The translations under genes were made by a program, and so were the position numbers. From the IMG/VR virus record IMGVR_UViG_3300042484_002457, positions 124,001 to 188,000 of that record: a stretch of DNA of 64,000 nt; one strand, given 5' to 3'. Under the pieces are notes generated by a model. That model searched no databases, was not told where the DNA came from, and worked only from the letters and a program-made list of their open reading frames with translations. Every line of letters starts with the position of its first letter. The first letter of the stretch is position 1. Below, piece after piece: positions 1 to 9,800 of this stretch.

Positions 1-1
1 T

Positions 2-256
2 GGTATTCGGCCCCGCTGGGGCCGTGTGTATGCAGTGGGCCCTGACCAGTCTGGAGTGCGTGTAGGCGAATGGGTTTGTATAGAACATGGTCGTTGGACT
101 CGAGGTCTTGAAGTTGAAGACGAAGCTGGCAAACATACACTGCGCAGAGTTGATCCCAAGGATATCTTGATGAGTGCAGATGAGCGGCCAGATGATGTGA
201 CTTTCTCATCAGCCATTCACGTAGAAGCCAAACCCAGCCACATGCAGCACAACTGA
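2..256 (+). CDS. groES: GroES/Cpn10-like co-chaperonin (5' truncated by window edge)
   Basis: Open frame from base 2: GIRPRWGRVYAVGPDQSGVRVGEWVCIEHGRW resembles the GroES G-x-V-x-AVG...V-x-VG-D/E-x-V pattern. Confidence 0.7.
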   Translation, partial: GIRPRWGRVYAVGPDQSGVRVGEWVCIEHGRWTRGLEVEDEAGKHTLRRVDPKDILMSADERPDDVTFSSAIHVEAKPSHMQHN

Positions 257-257
257 T

Positions 258-518
258 ATGATAATCAACTGGGACGTAAACAAAGTTATTAGCGACTGCC
301 AGAAGATGTATTATGGGGCAAATGACCCATATGTGACCGGTTGGAACAACTGGCCTTGCAAACAAGACTTATATCGTGTAAAATTTGCTGTAGACGAAAT
401 GCTCAAGAACACTAGCAAATTTGCTGGTGAACAAGAGTGGTTGGAAGAACATGATAAAGAACAAGTTTGGAAAAAACTCAATGAAGTGCAACACTTGTCG
501 AAAAGACATAGATTCTAA
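258..518 (+). CDS. hypothetical protein
   Basis: 86-aa ORF starting 1 nt after the groES stop. Confidence 0.6.
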   Translation: MIINWDVNKVISDCQKMYYGANDPYVTGWNNWPCKQDLYRVKFAVDEMLKNTSKFAGEQEWLEEHDKEQVWKKLNEVQHLSKRHRF

Positions 519-612
519 TTGCGACTGGCACCAAGGCCGATGTCCGCATCGTCCCAGCACCTGGGACGTTTTTATTACATGGTGGAGAAATAGAAATGAG
601 CAAAGGAAGTAG
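481..612 (+). CDS. small Cys-rich hypothetical protein
   Basis: ATG at 481, MKCNTC...CDWHQGRCPH; fills the gap between neighbours. Confidence 0.45.
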   Translation: MKCNTCRKDIDSNCDWHQGRCPHRPSTWDVFITWWRNRNEQRK

Positions 613-790
613 ACCTCGTCCTTTAAGTATTCCAATTGTGGAATTGAACAATAGACTAGATACAATCTTTGGTGAAAAGCCAAAGAAACAGCGTTGGATA
701 CCACCAGCATTGCCCGAAGACATGCAAGGTATCAAAAGCTCGTTTGAGCAGCAACTGGGTGTGAATAAACTTCCACCTGGGCGCACATGA
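596..790 (+). CDS. hypothetical protein
   Basis: GGAG upstream; overlaps next ORF by ATGA. Confidence 0.6.
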   Translation: MSKGSRPRPLSIPIVELNNRLDTIFGEKPKKQRWIPPALPEDMQGIKSSFEQQLGVNKLPPGRT

Positions 791-1005
791 AATTATTCAA
801 CCAGGTATATCTAGGAATGAATCCCACAATACAACAACTGATGCAACAGGCAGGCACTGACACCAGCGGCAAATGGATGAGTATAGACAATGCCGAAAAG
901 TTTGCTCAGTTGGTAATTGCAGCGTATAATAAAGAACTTGACGAGTCTTGTCAGGAAAGCAAAAGCAAACTTGGCTACAGCCGAATTGGATTGGAAAACG
1001 TATGA
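787..1005 (+). CDS. hypothetical protein
   Basis: ATGA overlaps with both neighbours. Confidence 0.55.
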   Translation: MKLFNQVYLGMNPTIQQLMQQAGTDTSGKWMSIDNAEKFAQLVIAAYNKELDESCQESKSKLGYSRIGLENV

Positions 1006-1925
1006 AAGAATTATGGGTAGAAAAATATCGTCCCAACACTGTGGATGGTTATGTGTTTGTTGACACTGCGCAACGTGAGCAGGTAACACAGTGGATCCGA
1101 GACGGAAGTATTCCTCACTTGATGTTGAGTGGTAGTGCTGGTACAGGTAAAACAACCCTGGCCAAACTGTTGATCAATGAACTAGGCGTAGACGAATATG
1201 ACGTGATGTACGCCAACGGTTCAAAGGAAGCTCGCAAGGTTGAGTGGGTGGACAAGCTGATCAGCTTTTGTCAAACCATGCCATTTGGTGCATTCAAAGT
1301 GGTGTTGATTGACGAAGCAGACTACATGAATCCCAACTCGGTACAGCCCGCACTACGCAACTTGATGGAAGACTACAGCCAAACTGTGCGGTTTATTCTT
1401 ACTTGTAACTATCCCAACAAGATTATCCCGGCCTTGCACTCACGTTGCCAAGGCTTTCACATCACCAAAACAGATCATACAGAGTTCACTGCTAGAGTGG
1501 CCACTGTGCTGGTGTCAGAAAATGTAGAATTTGATCTGGACACCTTGGATACTTATGTCAAGGCCACTTATCCAGATCTACGCAAGTGTTTGAACTTGGT
1601 ACAACCCAATTCAGTAACTGGAAAACTTGCACCCCCGGGCGAAAGCGATCGTGCTGTTCGAGACTGGAAGCTGGACTGTGTGGATCTGTTCAAACAAGGC
1701 AAGATTCGTGCAGCTCGTACTTTGCTGTGTCAAAGTGCCAGTGCCGAAGAATCAGATGAGATTTTTCGCTGGATGTACGACAACCTTGAACTGTTTGGTA
1801 AAACAGCTGAGCAGCAGGATCAAGCCATTGTGATTATTCGCAACGGCATTGCCAACATTCCCTTGGTCACAGATCAAGAAATCAACCTGAGTGCTACTTT
1901 AATTGAACTTGGCAACATCGCTTGA
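1002..1925 (+). CDS. clamp loader AAA+ subunit (RFC small subunit / T4 gp44-like)
   Basis: LWVEKYRP N-terminal motif, Walker A GSAGTGKT, Walker B VLIDEAD, LHSRC motif; start reassigned to ATG 1002. Confidence 0.95.
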   Translation: MKELWVEKYRPNTVDGYVFVDTAQREQVTQWIRDGSIPHLMLSGSAGTGKTTLAKLLINELGVDEYDVMYANGSKEARKVEWVDKLISFCQTMPFGAFKVVLIDEADYMNPNSVQPALRNLMEDYSQTVRFILTCNYPNKIIPALHSRCQGFHITKTDHTEFTARVATVLVSENVEFDLDTLDTYVKATYPDLRKCLNLVQPNSVTGKLAPPGESDRAVRDWKLDCVDLFKQGKIRAARTLLCQSASAEESDEIFRWMYDNLELFGKTAEQQDQAIVIIRNGIANIPLVTDQEINLSATLIELGNIA

Positions 1926-3024
1926 GCCTGTGATTGATCCCAACAACAGGATCACATTCCTGTTGGATTGGGAACTCACAATGAAATGCAATCTGGATTG
2001 CAGCTATTGTGAAACTGGTATCTACGGTGGTCATGACAACAGCACACGACACCCGCCCAGGGCTGAGTGCTTGAAAACCATAGACTTTATGTTTGAGTAC
2101 GCTGATGCGTACATGAGCACCAAGCCCCAGGGCATTCGATATGTGATCCTGAATGTTTATGGCGGCGAAGCTTTGCACCATCCACACATTGTGGAAATTT
2201 TATCGGTGCTGCGATCTCGTCATGAGCAATACAAACAGCAATGGCATTTAACTGTTACCACAACTACCAATGCCATAATTGCGCCACACCGCTTGGACAA
2301 AATCATTCCTTTGATTGACGAGTTTACAGTAAGTTATCACACTGACAACACTCCTGAACAAAAACATCAATTTCAAGATAACTTGTTAAAAATCAAATCT
2401 GCGGGTGGTAGACTAAAGTGTGTGGTGCTCATGCATTCTGAGCCGGACAAGTTTGCCGATGCGCAAAACATGATTGAATGGCTAAAGAAAAATGATATCA
2501 AACATCTTCCGAGACAATTGGATCATGCAATTGAGCATGATTTCAACTACAATCAACAACAGGTAATTTGGTTTGAAAAACTCTACAACAAATCCCTGGA
2601 TCATGCTGTGGTACGAGACAACAAAATGGACCTGGCTGACACAGGTCGTGCCTGCTGCGGGGGCAGAAGTTTGTGTGCGGATCAAAATCGTCGAGACCCG
2701 CAAAAGTTTGTGTCAAACAAATTCCCAGGTTGGTACTGTAGTGTAAATCATTTCTTTTTGTATATCAAGCAAGTCAACGGCGAAGTCTACGTGAACAAAG
2801 ATTGCAAAATGAATTTTGATGGCACCGTGGGACCAATTGGGCATTTATCAAACACTCAGCCCATGATTGATCAGGCTCAAGATCATGATCGTCCTGTGAT
2901 ACAGTGTGCCAAACAACGCTGCTATTGTGGACTTTGTGCACCCAAGGCAGCAGATCTAGATACATATAACCACATAATGAAAAAATATGAGATACCTAAT
3001 TCTAACCTACGTGACCAGGCCTAA
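1903..3024 (+). CDS. radical SAM protein with Cys-rich C-terminus
   Basis: CNLDCSYC (CxxxCxxC), YGGEA, TTTNA; C-terminal CYCGLC. Confidence 0.85.
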   Translation: MNLATSLEPVIDPNNRITFLLDWELTMKCNLDCSYCETGIYGGHDNSTRHPPRAECLKTIDFMFEYADAYMSTKPQGIRYVILNVYGGEALHHPHIVEILSVLRSRHEQYKQQWHLTVTTTTNAIIAPHRLDKIIPLIDEFTVSYHTDNTPEQKHQFQDNLLKIKSAGGRLKCVVLMHSEPDKFADAQNMIEWLKKNDIKHLPRQLDHAIEHDFNYNQQQVIWFEKLYNKSLDHAVVRDNKMDLADTGRACCGGRSLCADQNRRDPQKFVSNKFPGWYCSVNHFFLYIKQVNGEVYVNKDCKMNFDGTVGPIGHLSNTQPMIDQAQDHDRPVIQCAKQRCYCGLCAPKAADLDTYNHIMKKYEIPNSNLRDQA

Positions 3025-3292
3025 TGGCAAAATTGACGAGCAAATGCAACTGGCTCGAAATATCAAACGCAGAGATTTGCAAACAGGCAATGTTATTCTT
3101 GACTTTCGTGAGCTCAAGGTAGTAAAATCTAGCATGAGTGGGCAACAAGTACCAAAAGATTTTGATCGAATTGTTGCTTACTATTATCAACACTATGCCA
3201 ACACAATAGATCGGCTACTGAAAGAAAATGGATACGAAATTGTCAAATCTGAAGAACCCCAAGCACAACCCGCAGAAACTGATCCTAGTTGA
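2987..3292 (+). CDS. hypothetical protein
   Basis: 101-aa ORF overlapping the upstream gene. Confidence 0.65.
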   Translation: MRYLILTYVTRPNGKIDEQMQLARNIKRRDLQTGNVILDFRELKVVKSSMSGQQVPKDFDRIVAYYYQHYANTIDRLLKENGYEIVKSEEPQAQPAETDPS

Positions 3293-4154
3293 TTAGTTTC
3301 CAACCTTTGTAACTTTTATACAGTCCTTTAACTAGTTTGTATGCTTCGGAGCCACTGCTAAAATTATATGCGGTGGCAAGATCTCCAGTTGTTCCGCAAA
3401 ATGTACCGTGGTTAGGATGAACAAAGTTATATTTGATAGCACGACTTTTTGTAGCATGGCTAATTTTCTTTCTTGATTCTGAGGCCCAAGCATGAGTTTT
3501 AAAACTTTCAGGTCTTTCTAATCTCCTTTGTTTTTGAGACTCTGATAATTTTTGTCGCATATCGTCGGTCCATATACGCTTACTATTAGATTCTCTTATT
3601 TTTTGTTTTTGGTAATCTGATATTGGATGAGACACATTTCCTTTAAGTTTTGCAGAAATTTTTTGTCTTGACTCTATAGTATGTGTTTTTCCATACATTG
3701 GATTATTTGTGCCTGAATTTCTATTAGATATATCAGACTTGAATTGTTTGGCTCGTTCGTCTCCAAATAATTCTTCATACGTCTTGTTTTTTCTGTTTTT
3801 GGATAATTGTTCTTTAGTTTCATTAGACAATGTGTGATGTTCTCCCCCTTTGGAGATATTAGTAAGGATACCACCGTCTTTTCTTCTACCGTATAAATCT
3901 ATTAGATGTGTTTCTCGGTCAATTGCTTCTTCTTTAGTTAACGATTCAAATACAACCTTGACTTCGGGAACTAAGTTTGCAGATAAGATGTTGCTAATTT
4001 CGTTAACTTTTTCTAAATTTACTATTTTAGTTCTAGTCTCCCGTATATGTTCTTTATATCGGAGTTCTGCTGTTCTTGATGTAATCCCTACATAAAAAAC
4101 GGTTTGAGTTAGTGGATTCAAAATCTCATAAACATAAAAAATTTTACTTGACAT
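3285..4154 (-). CDS. GIY-YIG family homing endonuclease with NUMOD3-type repeats
   Basis: FYVYEI...FYVGIT...RYKEH, LTNISKGGE, NPMYGKTHTIESRQKIS repeats; AT-rich and antisense to neighbours. Confidence 0.85.
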   Translation of the reverse strand: MSSKIFYVYEILNPLTQTVFYVGITSRTAELRYKEHIRETRTKIVNLEKVNEISNILSANLVPEVKVVFESLTKEEAIDRETHLIDLYGRRKDGGILTNISKGGEHHTLSNETKEQLSKNRKNKTYEELFGDERAKQFKSDISNRNSGTNNPMYGKTHTIESRQKISAKLKGNVSHPISDYQKQKIRESNSKRIWTDDMRQKLSESQKQRRLERPESFKTHAWASESRKKISHATKSRAIKYNFVHPNHGTFCGTTGDLATAYNFSSGSEAYKLVKGLYKSYKGWKLIN

Positions 4155-4176
4155 ATACTATTCTTTCTATTATAAT
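4148..4176 (+). promoter_or_regulatory. sigma70-type early promoter
   Basis: TTGACA (4148-4153), 17 nt spacer, TATAAT (4171-4176); ATG follows at 4183. Confidence 0.8.
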
Positions 4177-4182
4177 CATACT

Positions 4183-4797
4183 ATGACTAAAGATATTTAT
4201 CAAAAACGCATAATTTTAACGGATATCGACGGTGTCGCGCTTGACTGGGAATATGCGTTTGATGTGTATATGCGGCAACACGGTTTCAACAAACAAGAAG
4301 GCGGCCAATTCAAATACAACATTGGCACACGCTACGGAATTGATACAGAACAAGGCAAAAAGCTGATCAAGATTTTTAATGAATCGGCACACATGGGATT
4401 TTTGCCACCCTTGCGTGATTCTATGTATTATATTAAACGTCTGCACGAAGAGCACGGATACGTGTTTCACGCAATTACTTCATTGAGCAAAGACGAAAAC
4501 GCACAAGAACTTCGCCGCATGAATATTAAGAAATTGTTTGGCGAATCAACATTTGAAAAATTTGTGTTTTTGGACACTGGAGCAGACAAAGATGAAGCCC
4601 TGGAGCCATATCGTGACTCAGGGCTATGGTGGATTGAGGACAAAATTGTCAATTGTGAAGTTGGATACAATCTTGGACTCTATCCCTTGTTAATGGAACA
4701 CGGGCACAACCTGGACTACGAAAATCCTGCTATTCCTCGTGTTCGTAATTGGCGTGAAATTTATTCAATAATTGCTCCTAGCGAGAATACAATTTAA
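4183..4797 (+). CDS. HAD-superfamily 5'(3')-deoxyribonucleotidase-like protein
   Basis: ILTDIDGVALDW (DxDG), AITS, WIEDK motifs. Confidence 0.8.
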   Translation: MTKDIYQKRIILTDIDGVALDWEYAFDVYMRQHGFNKQEGGQFKYNIGTRYGIDTEQGKKLIKIFNESAHMGFLPPLRDSMYYIKRLHEEHGYVFHAITSLSKDENAQELRRMNIKKLFGESTFEKFVFLDTGADKDEALEPYRDSGLWWIEDKIVNCEVGYNLGLYPLLMEHGHNLDYENPAIPRVRNWREIYSIIAPSENTI

Positions 4798-5515
4798 GAA
4801 CATCACCAATGATCTTGTGTCGCTGTACGTCCCTGGATTCTAGTGGGCATACAGCGATTCCTTTGACCGGATGTGCTTGCAATCGATCACAAAGATCCAT
4901 CAAGCCGTTGTCGCCATTGGCGCGATCAGCTTGTTCTACGTCTCCTGTGATAACAATGCGACTGTTGACTCCAATACGAGTCATTAACATTTTGGCCTGT
5001 GCTGGTGTTGCGTTTTGCATTTCGTCTGCGATGATCCACGAGTGTTTGAATGTCCTGCCGCGCATGTAGGCCAGTGGCGCAATTTCAATGACTTGATCTT
5101 CAATCATGGCCACAATGTCTTGTGGTCTATAGTGTTCACGTAGTACGTCTAGCAAAGGCCTAGTCCATGGTTCCATTTTGGCGACCAAGTTGCCGGGCAA
5201 GAATCCGTGTTGTTCGCCTTCAACACCCACTGCTGGGCGTGTCATAATGATTCGTTCGCAGTCTCCTTCTTTTAATGCTTTGATTGCTGCCAACATGGCC
5301 AAGTAAGTTTTACCTGTACCTGCTGGCCCTGCAGTAACTACAATGTGCTGCCCTGGGTCTTGCAGTGCCATTACCAACTGTTCCTGATTTCGTGTTCGAG
5401 GGATCAAGTCTATGCGGCGCTGTGCCGCCTTAGGTGCCGGGTTAAAGGCTATGGTGTTTTCTACAGTTTGATTCATTCTCTTGTTTTGTGCTTTCGCAGC
5501 GCGGTTTCTACTCAA
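4778..5515 (-). CDS. phoH: PhoH-like ATPase
   Basis: GPAGTGKTYLA, GFLPG, YMRGRTF, IADEMQN, ITGDVEQAD; likely TTG start at 5515 behind AAGGAG. Confidence 0.92.
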   Translation of the reverse strand: MSRNRAAKAQNKRMNQTVENTIAFNPAPKAAQRRIDLIPRTRNQEQLVMALQDPGQHIVVTAGPAGTGKTYLAMLAAIKALKEGDCERIIMTRPAVGVEGEQHGFLPGNLVAKMEPWTRPLLDVLREHYRPQDIVAMIEDQVIEIAPLAYMRGRTFKHSWIIADEMQNATPAQAKMLMTRIGVNSRIVITGDVEQADRANGDNGLMDLCDRLQAHPVKGIAVCPLESRDVQRHKIIGDVLKLYSR

Positions 5516-5669
5516 AGTATTTTCTCCTTTAGTCCTCTCGGACCTGTTATTTACGGGCCTGCGCAACATGATAACACAACATTGATTTAACAACACCTGA
5601 TCACTAAATACTGACCTGGCGGCGTATTCCACAAAAACCCTGCTCTTGGTCAATCGACTAAATATACGC

Positions 5670-6278
5670 ATGGACCGAGAACTCTTTAAAGACCACACTG
5701 ATTACTGGCAAGTTGCTGACAACATCCGCGACATCTACATGAGCGACGGCAGTTTGACCACGCTGTTGGATTTTGAGCGTGTGCTGGACGAAGTTGATAT
5801 CTACGCATTTAAAAACTGGGAAATTGGCGAGCTTGTGGCCGGTCCTGAAATTGGCCGATATCGTGTGAGCTGCACATTTATGTGGCCACTCAAACTCATG
5901 CCCGATCCACGTGGCGGACGCAGACTGTTGAACTACGACTGCGAAATAAGTTATCAACGCAAAGAAATAAAGATTCCTGTAAAGATCACAGACCCCAGTG
6001 ATTATCGCCCTGGCACCAAAAAAGCCAAGTTAATGACACAGGAAGTGTGGCTGGTGGAAATTGTCATGCCCAAGGCCTTGATGAATGATATTCGCACTGG
6101 ATCAATTGAAATGGAAGATGAGGATATTGATCTTGAAGAACTGGATCAGGCCTATGAGCAAGATCTAGATCAGGAAGCCAATCAGAGTGATGAGGCTGCC
6201 GATGATGCACAGGCCAGCCTGGACACACCCAACCCTGGAGGCGCACCAGCTGCTGCGCCAGGACAACCACAGATTTAA
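5670..6278 (+). CDS. hypothetical phage protein with acidic C-terminus
   Basis: ATG 5 nt downstream of TAAATA (5659-5664); 202-aa ORF. Confidence 0.75.
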   Translation: MDRELFKDHTDYWQVADNIRDIYMSDGSLTTLLDFERVLDEVDIYAFKNWEIGELVAGPEIGRYRVSCTFMWPLKLMPDPRGGRRLLNYDCEISYQRKEIKIPVKITDPSDYRPGTKKAKLMTQEVWLVEIVMPKALMNDIRTGSIEMEDEDIDLEELDQAYEQDLDQEANQSDEAADDAQASLDTPNPGGAPAAAPGQPQI

Positions 6279-6280
6279 TC

Positions 6281-6847
6281 ATGAATACTTTTAATCCTTT
6301 TGACCCTGCCCGCCCCTTGCTGCTGGAAGGCCTACAGTACAAAGATCTTGACGGCATCATGAAACCCACAGTGCACGTGGATGAATTTTCTGCCAAACTG
6401 GGCGAAGATGCTGATGTGATTGTACTCAGCTTTTTTGTGCGCGACAAGCAAGCAGCACGTGATCTAATGGGCTGGTTTGAAAAAGGCTATGATTTTGTAC
6501 TAGATGCTGATGTCAGCCCCGGTGAAATCAAGCCTGGCCGGTATCTGGTGTATGTGGAAATTCGTCGCCGCAGCGCAGTACCTCGCCATGTTCAAACCTT
6601 GTTGGATGATCTTTCTACCCTGACAGAATTTGAGCCTGAAGACTGGCAGTTTGTGTATGAGGATGGTGACTTTGGCTGGGACCAGGATGAATTTATCAAA
6701 CGCATTCCACTAACACCCGACGCATATAGAGCCAGAAATGAATCTGATCTAAATGAAATGAGAGCTGCTGCCGGCTTGAAGCCAGTGCAGATTCATACTC
6801 CGCGGAGTGATGTCAAGGCATTAATGGCCGCAGCAGGGATATTGTAA
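6281..6847 (+). CDS. hypothetical phage protein
   Basis: 188-aa ORF coupled to the next gene by TAATG. Confidence 0.75.
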   Translation: MNTFNPFDPARPLLLEGLQYKDLDGIMKPTVHVDEFSAKLGEDADVIVLSFFVRDKQAARDLMGWFEKGYDFVLDADVSPGEIKPGRYLVYVEIRRRSAVPRHVQTLLDDLSTLTEFEPEDWQFVYEDGDFGWDQDEFIKRIPLTPDAYRARNESDLNEMRAAAGLKPVQIHTPRSDVKALMAAAGIL

Positions 6848-9800
6848 TGTTACTAAACCACTTGTTTGAAAACCGCCCCGGGGGCACACTAAACGAATTT
6901 GCACCTGCAGGTGGTGGTGGCAATCGCATGGGTGGTGGTCGTATTGGCGGTGGCGGAGATGACGATGGTGCCGGTGATGATCCCTACAAGTATCCACAGC
7001 CAGACCACTATAGCCGTAGCATAGACTTCTTTGGACGGTTTGAAGCAGATCATTTTGACGACGAAGAGTTTGACAAAGCCACAGGCGAGTTCCGGGGCTA
7101 CTGGGACGATCAAGAGGGCCGTGATCAGATTGCCTATTTCAAGTTTGACAATCCCCGACGCACCGGAGACGACGACCCAGGCATGGGCTGGTACTACGAG
7201 CCACAAAATGAAAGCATGGCAGAAGCACAAACTGAACCTGAGCAGCAACAGATTGATGCTAACCGTCAAGCAGCACTGCGTCGTGAGCGTGAACCTGGTG
7301 GCAGCGAAAAGATTGATGCCCAGCTGGCACAACAAAATGCACAGCGCCAAGAATATGAACGCACTGGCAACTTCTGGCTCAAGCGCAAAGACACACAAGA
7401 ACACATCAGTGATGAGTTTGTGGGCAAAGCTGCCGCAGTGGCTGCTGCACAAGACTTGTTGAAACAACAACCTGATTTGCGTGGCAACATTGTGATCACA
7501 GCATACGGCCCAGGCGAAACTCAGGGTGTGGCGGAAGGCTTCAAGAACATGTACGCAGAGTTCTCTGGATACGGAAACTACATGCAAGGTCGTGCTGTCA
7601 ATGTATTCAACAAAGCTGGCTTGGAGATTGTCAGCAAAGATTACACAGAAGATGATGACATACAAACCTATGTTGTAAAGGGTGACCGCCAAGCTATCGA
7701 AAAAGCCGGCGAGTTCTTGGAACGCAATCCCGAACAGTTTGGCGGATATCACTTTGTCAAGCAAGGTGTGGCGGAAGGCGGATATCCTGAAGTTGACCAT
7801 ATGCCAGGTCCCACTATAAAGAGAACACAGACTGGTTGCAAAAGATGCCACGGCAAGGGCTATGTTTATAAAACACCAGACGGTGAAGTTCATCCTATGA
7901 ATCGTCCAGATGCCAAGAAATACAAATGTGGCAAATGTGATGGTATTGGGTTTGTCAAAGTAGCAGAGCAAGGTGTGGCGGAAGGCTCACAGGATAATGG
8001 AATTAGTTTTCGTGTACAAAAGGGTAAAAATAAATTTGTCACTACCATGACAGTTAATAACGAGCAGGTGGGTGTATACCAATATGATGCTACTACAGGT
8101 CGTAGCATAGCCGAGGTTTATCCAGAATTCAAGGGCAAAGGATTTGGTAAATTATTGGTTTTACATGCTATCTATACCGCGGCCAAATTAGGATTAGATT
8201 TCCAAGAAGATGAATCAAGAACTGCTGAGTATGATAATGTGTTAGACAGTTTGAGTAGCAACAGTTATATTGTAGATGATGATGGATATTGGTACGTTAC
8301 TGGTGAGGGCGAACAATACCTACAACAATCATTAAAACAAGGTGTGGCGGAAGGCAAGAGAATGAAAACTGCCAGCGGCATGTATCGTGACCAGCATACT
8401 GGAGTTGCCTACAGAGGAAAAACAGGACAAGATGGAAACGATAGTTATATGACTCCTGATTACTTGATTCAAAAGTATCAAGAGCGTTTAGCGCAAATTG
8501 CATCAGGTCCATACAAGCGTCCTAAAGAAGTAGCACAACTAAAATCTCGTATTGCTAAACTACAAGGTCAGCAAGGTGTGGCGGAAGGTGCTCCTATTGT
8601 AGTGGCACAGGCTCCTATTCATATTCGCAATCCTAAGAAACAACAAAGTCGTCAAGACAAGCCACTTACAGCATACCAACAAGGTGTTGCAGCACAGGGC
8701 AAGCCATACAAGAATCCGCATCCGTTTGATCCTAAAGCAGGCGCAGATGTGAACTACGACCATAATCAATATCGTGCTGGATATAAGAAGCAAGGTGTGG
8801 CGGAAGGCTCCTTGGAAGAAATAGACCGTAGAGGATTCTTAAAAGGCATGGGTGCAGCGGCAGTAGCAGGCACTGGACTATCACCTATGCCTGCGAAAGC
8901 CTGGTTTTTCTTTATAATACCATTACCTAACACTAACCCAGATGCAGCGGCAAATGCATGCATGCCTCCGACTGTCCAGGTCGGACAACAGGTAAATTTT
9001 CAAAACGAATTACAGGTCATACAAAAAATACACGGAGTCTCTAATAGATGCCAAAATCCAAATATGCCTGTGGCTGTCACTATTGGCAAACCTGAACCCG
9101 TTCAAGCACCAGTAGTAAAAGAACCTCCTAATCAAAAAACACCTCCGAATTACGCATCAAGAATTATAGCTAGAATAAGACCAAACATTCATTATTCTGG
9201 CGACACCTCAGGTAATCCACGTGCAGAAATTGAAGTTCGAGTATCTTCTGATGGTACAATTACCGGAGTAAAATTAGAAAAATCAAGCGGTAACTCAGAG
9301 TGGGACCAGGCTGTAATTGATGCTGTTAAAAAAACCCAAACAATGCCTTTAGATTCTACTGGTAATGTTCCATCTATTATGATAATGGGTTTTAGACCAA
9401 TGGATAATCAATCTTTACAAAGAGAAAGCGTTGACCAAGGTGTGGCGGAAGGCGGTGAGAAAGATCGTCAATGGTCCAACAAAGACATGGAGAGGCTGCG
9501 TGTTGCTACCAGAGACTTTGATGATATAATGGCATCTGATGGACCTGACCAAACCAAGCACGATTTAATTAAGAAGCGAATTCAAACAAAACCAATGGCA
9601 GGTCCTAAAGGCGTATTGCCGGAGGAAGGTGTGGCGGAAGGCGGATACAGCGGTATCGACGATACTGACACCGTGGGCTTTAGCGTCAACAGTGAACGGG
9701 CATACAATGCAGTAATGGCTCGCTTTGGCGACCAGATTGATCATGACGAAACTTCGGGTATTCTGTATGTGCCTGCACGTTTGTGGCCCAAAGTAGAAAT

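Noticed and set aside
5516-5698. Long N-terminal extension of PhoH as given in the ORF track
   Set aside because: It overlaps a divergent gene and promoter region, and a TTG start at 5515 has a strong AAGGAG.
6889-7971. 360-aa minus-strand ORF and many similar antisense ORFs (e.g. 45688-46518, 23228-23680)
   Set aside because: Shadow frames of well-supported plus-strand genes, with no recognisable motifs or RBS.
8680-8700. QQGVAAQG as another linker copy
   Set aside because: The DNA (CAAGGTGTTGCAGCACAG) departs from the invariant core and lacks the Glu, so it is degenerate at best and not counted.
7522-9642. CRISPR array interpretation of the 18-bp repeats
   Set aside because: The repeats are short and non-palindromic. 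The intervening segments are 171-627 nt, all in frame and protein coding, and no cas genes are seen.
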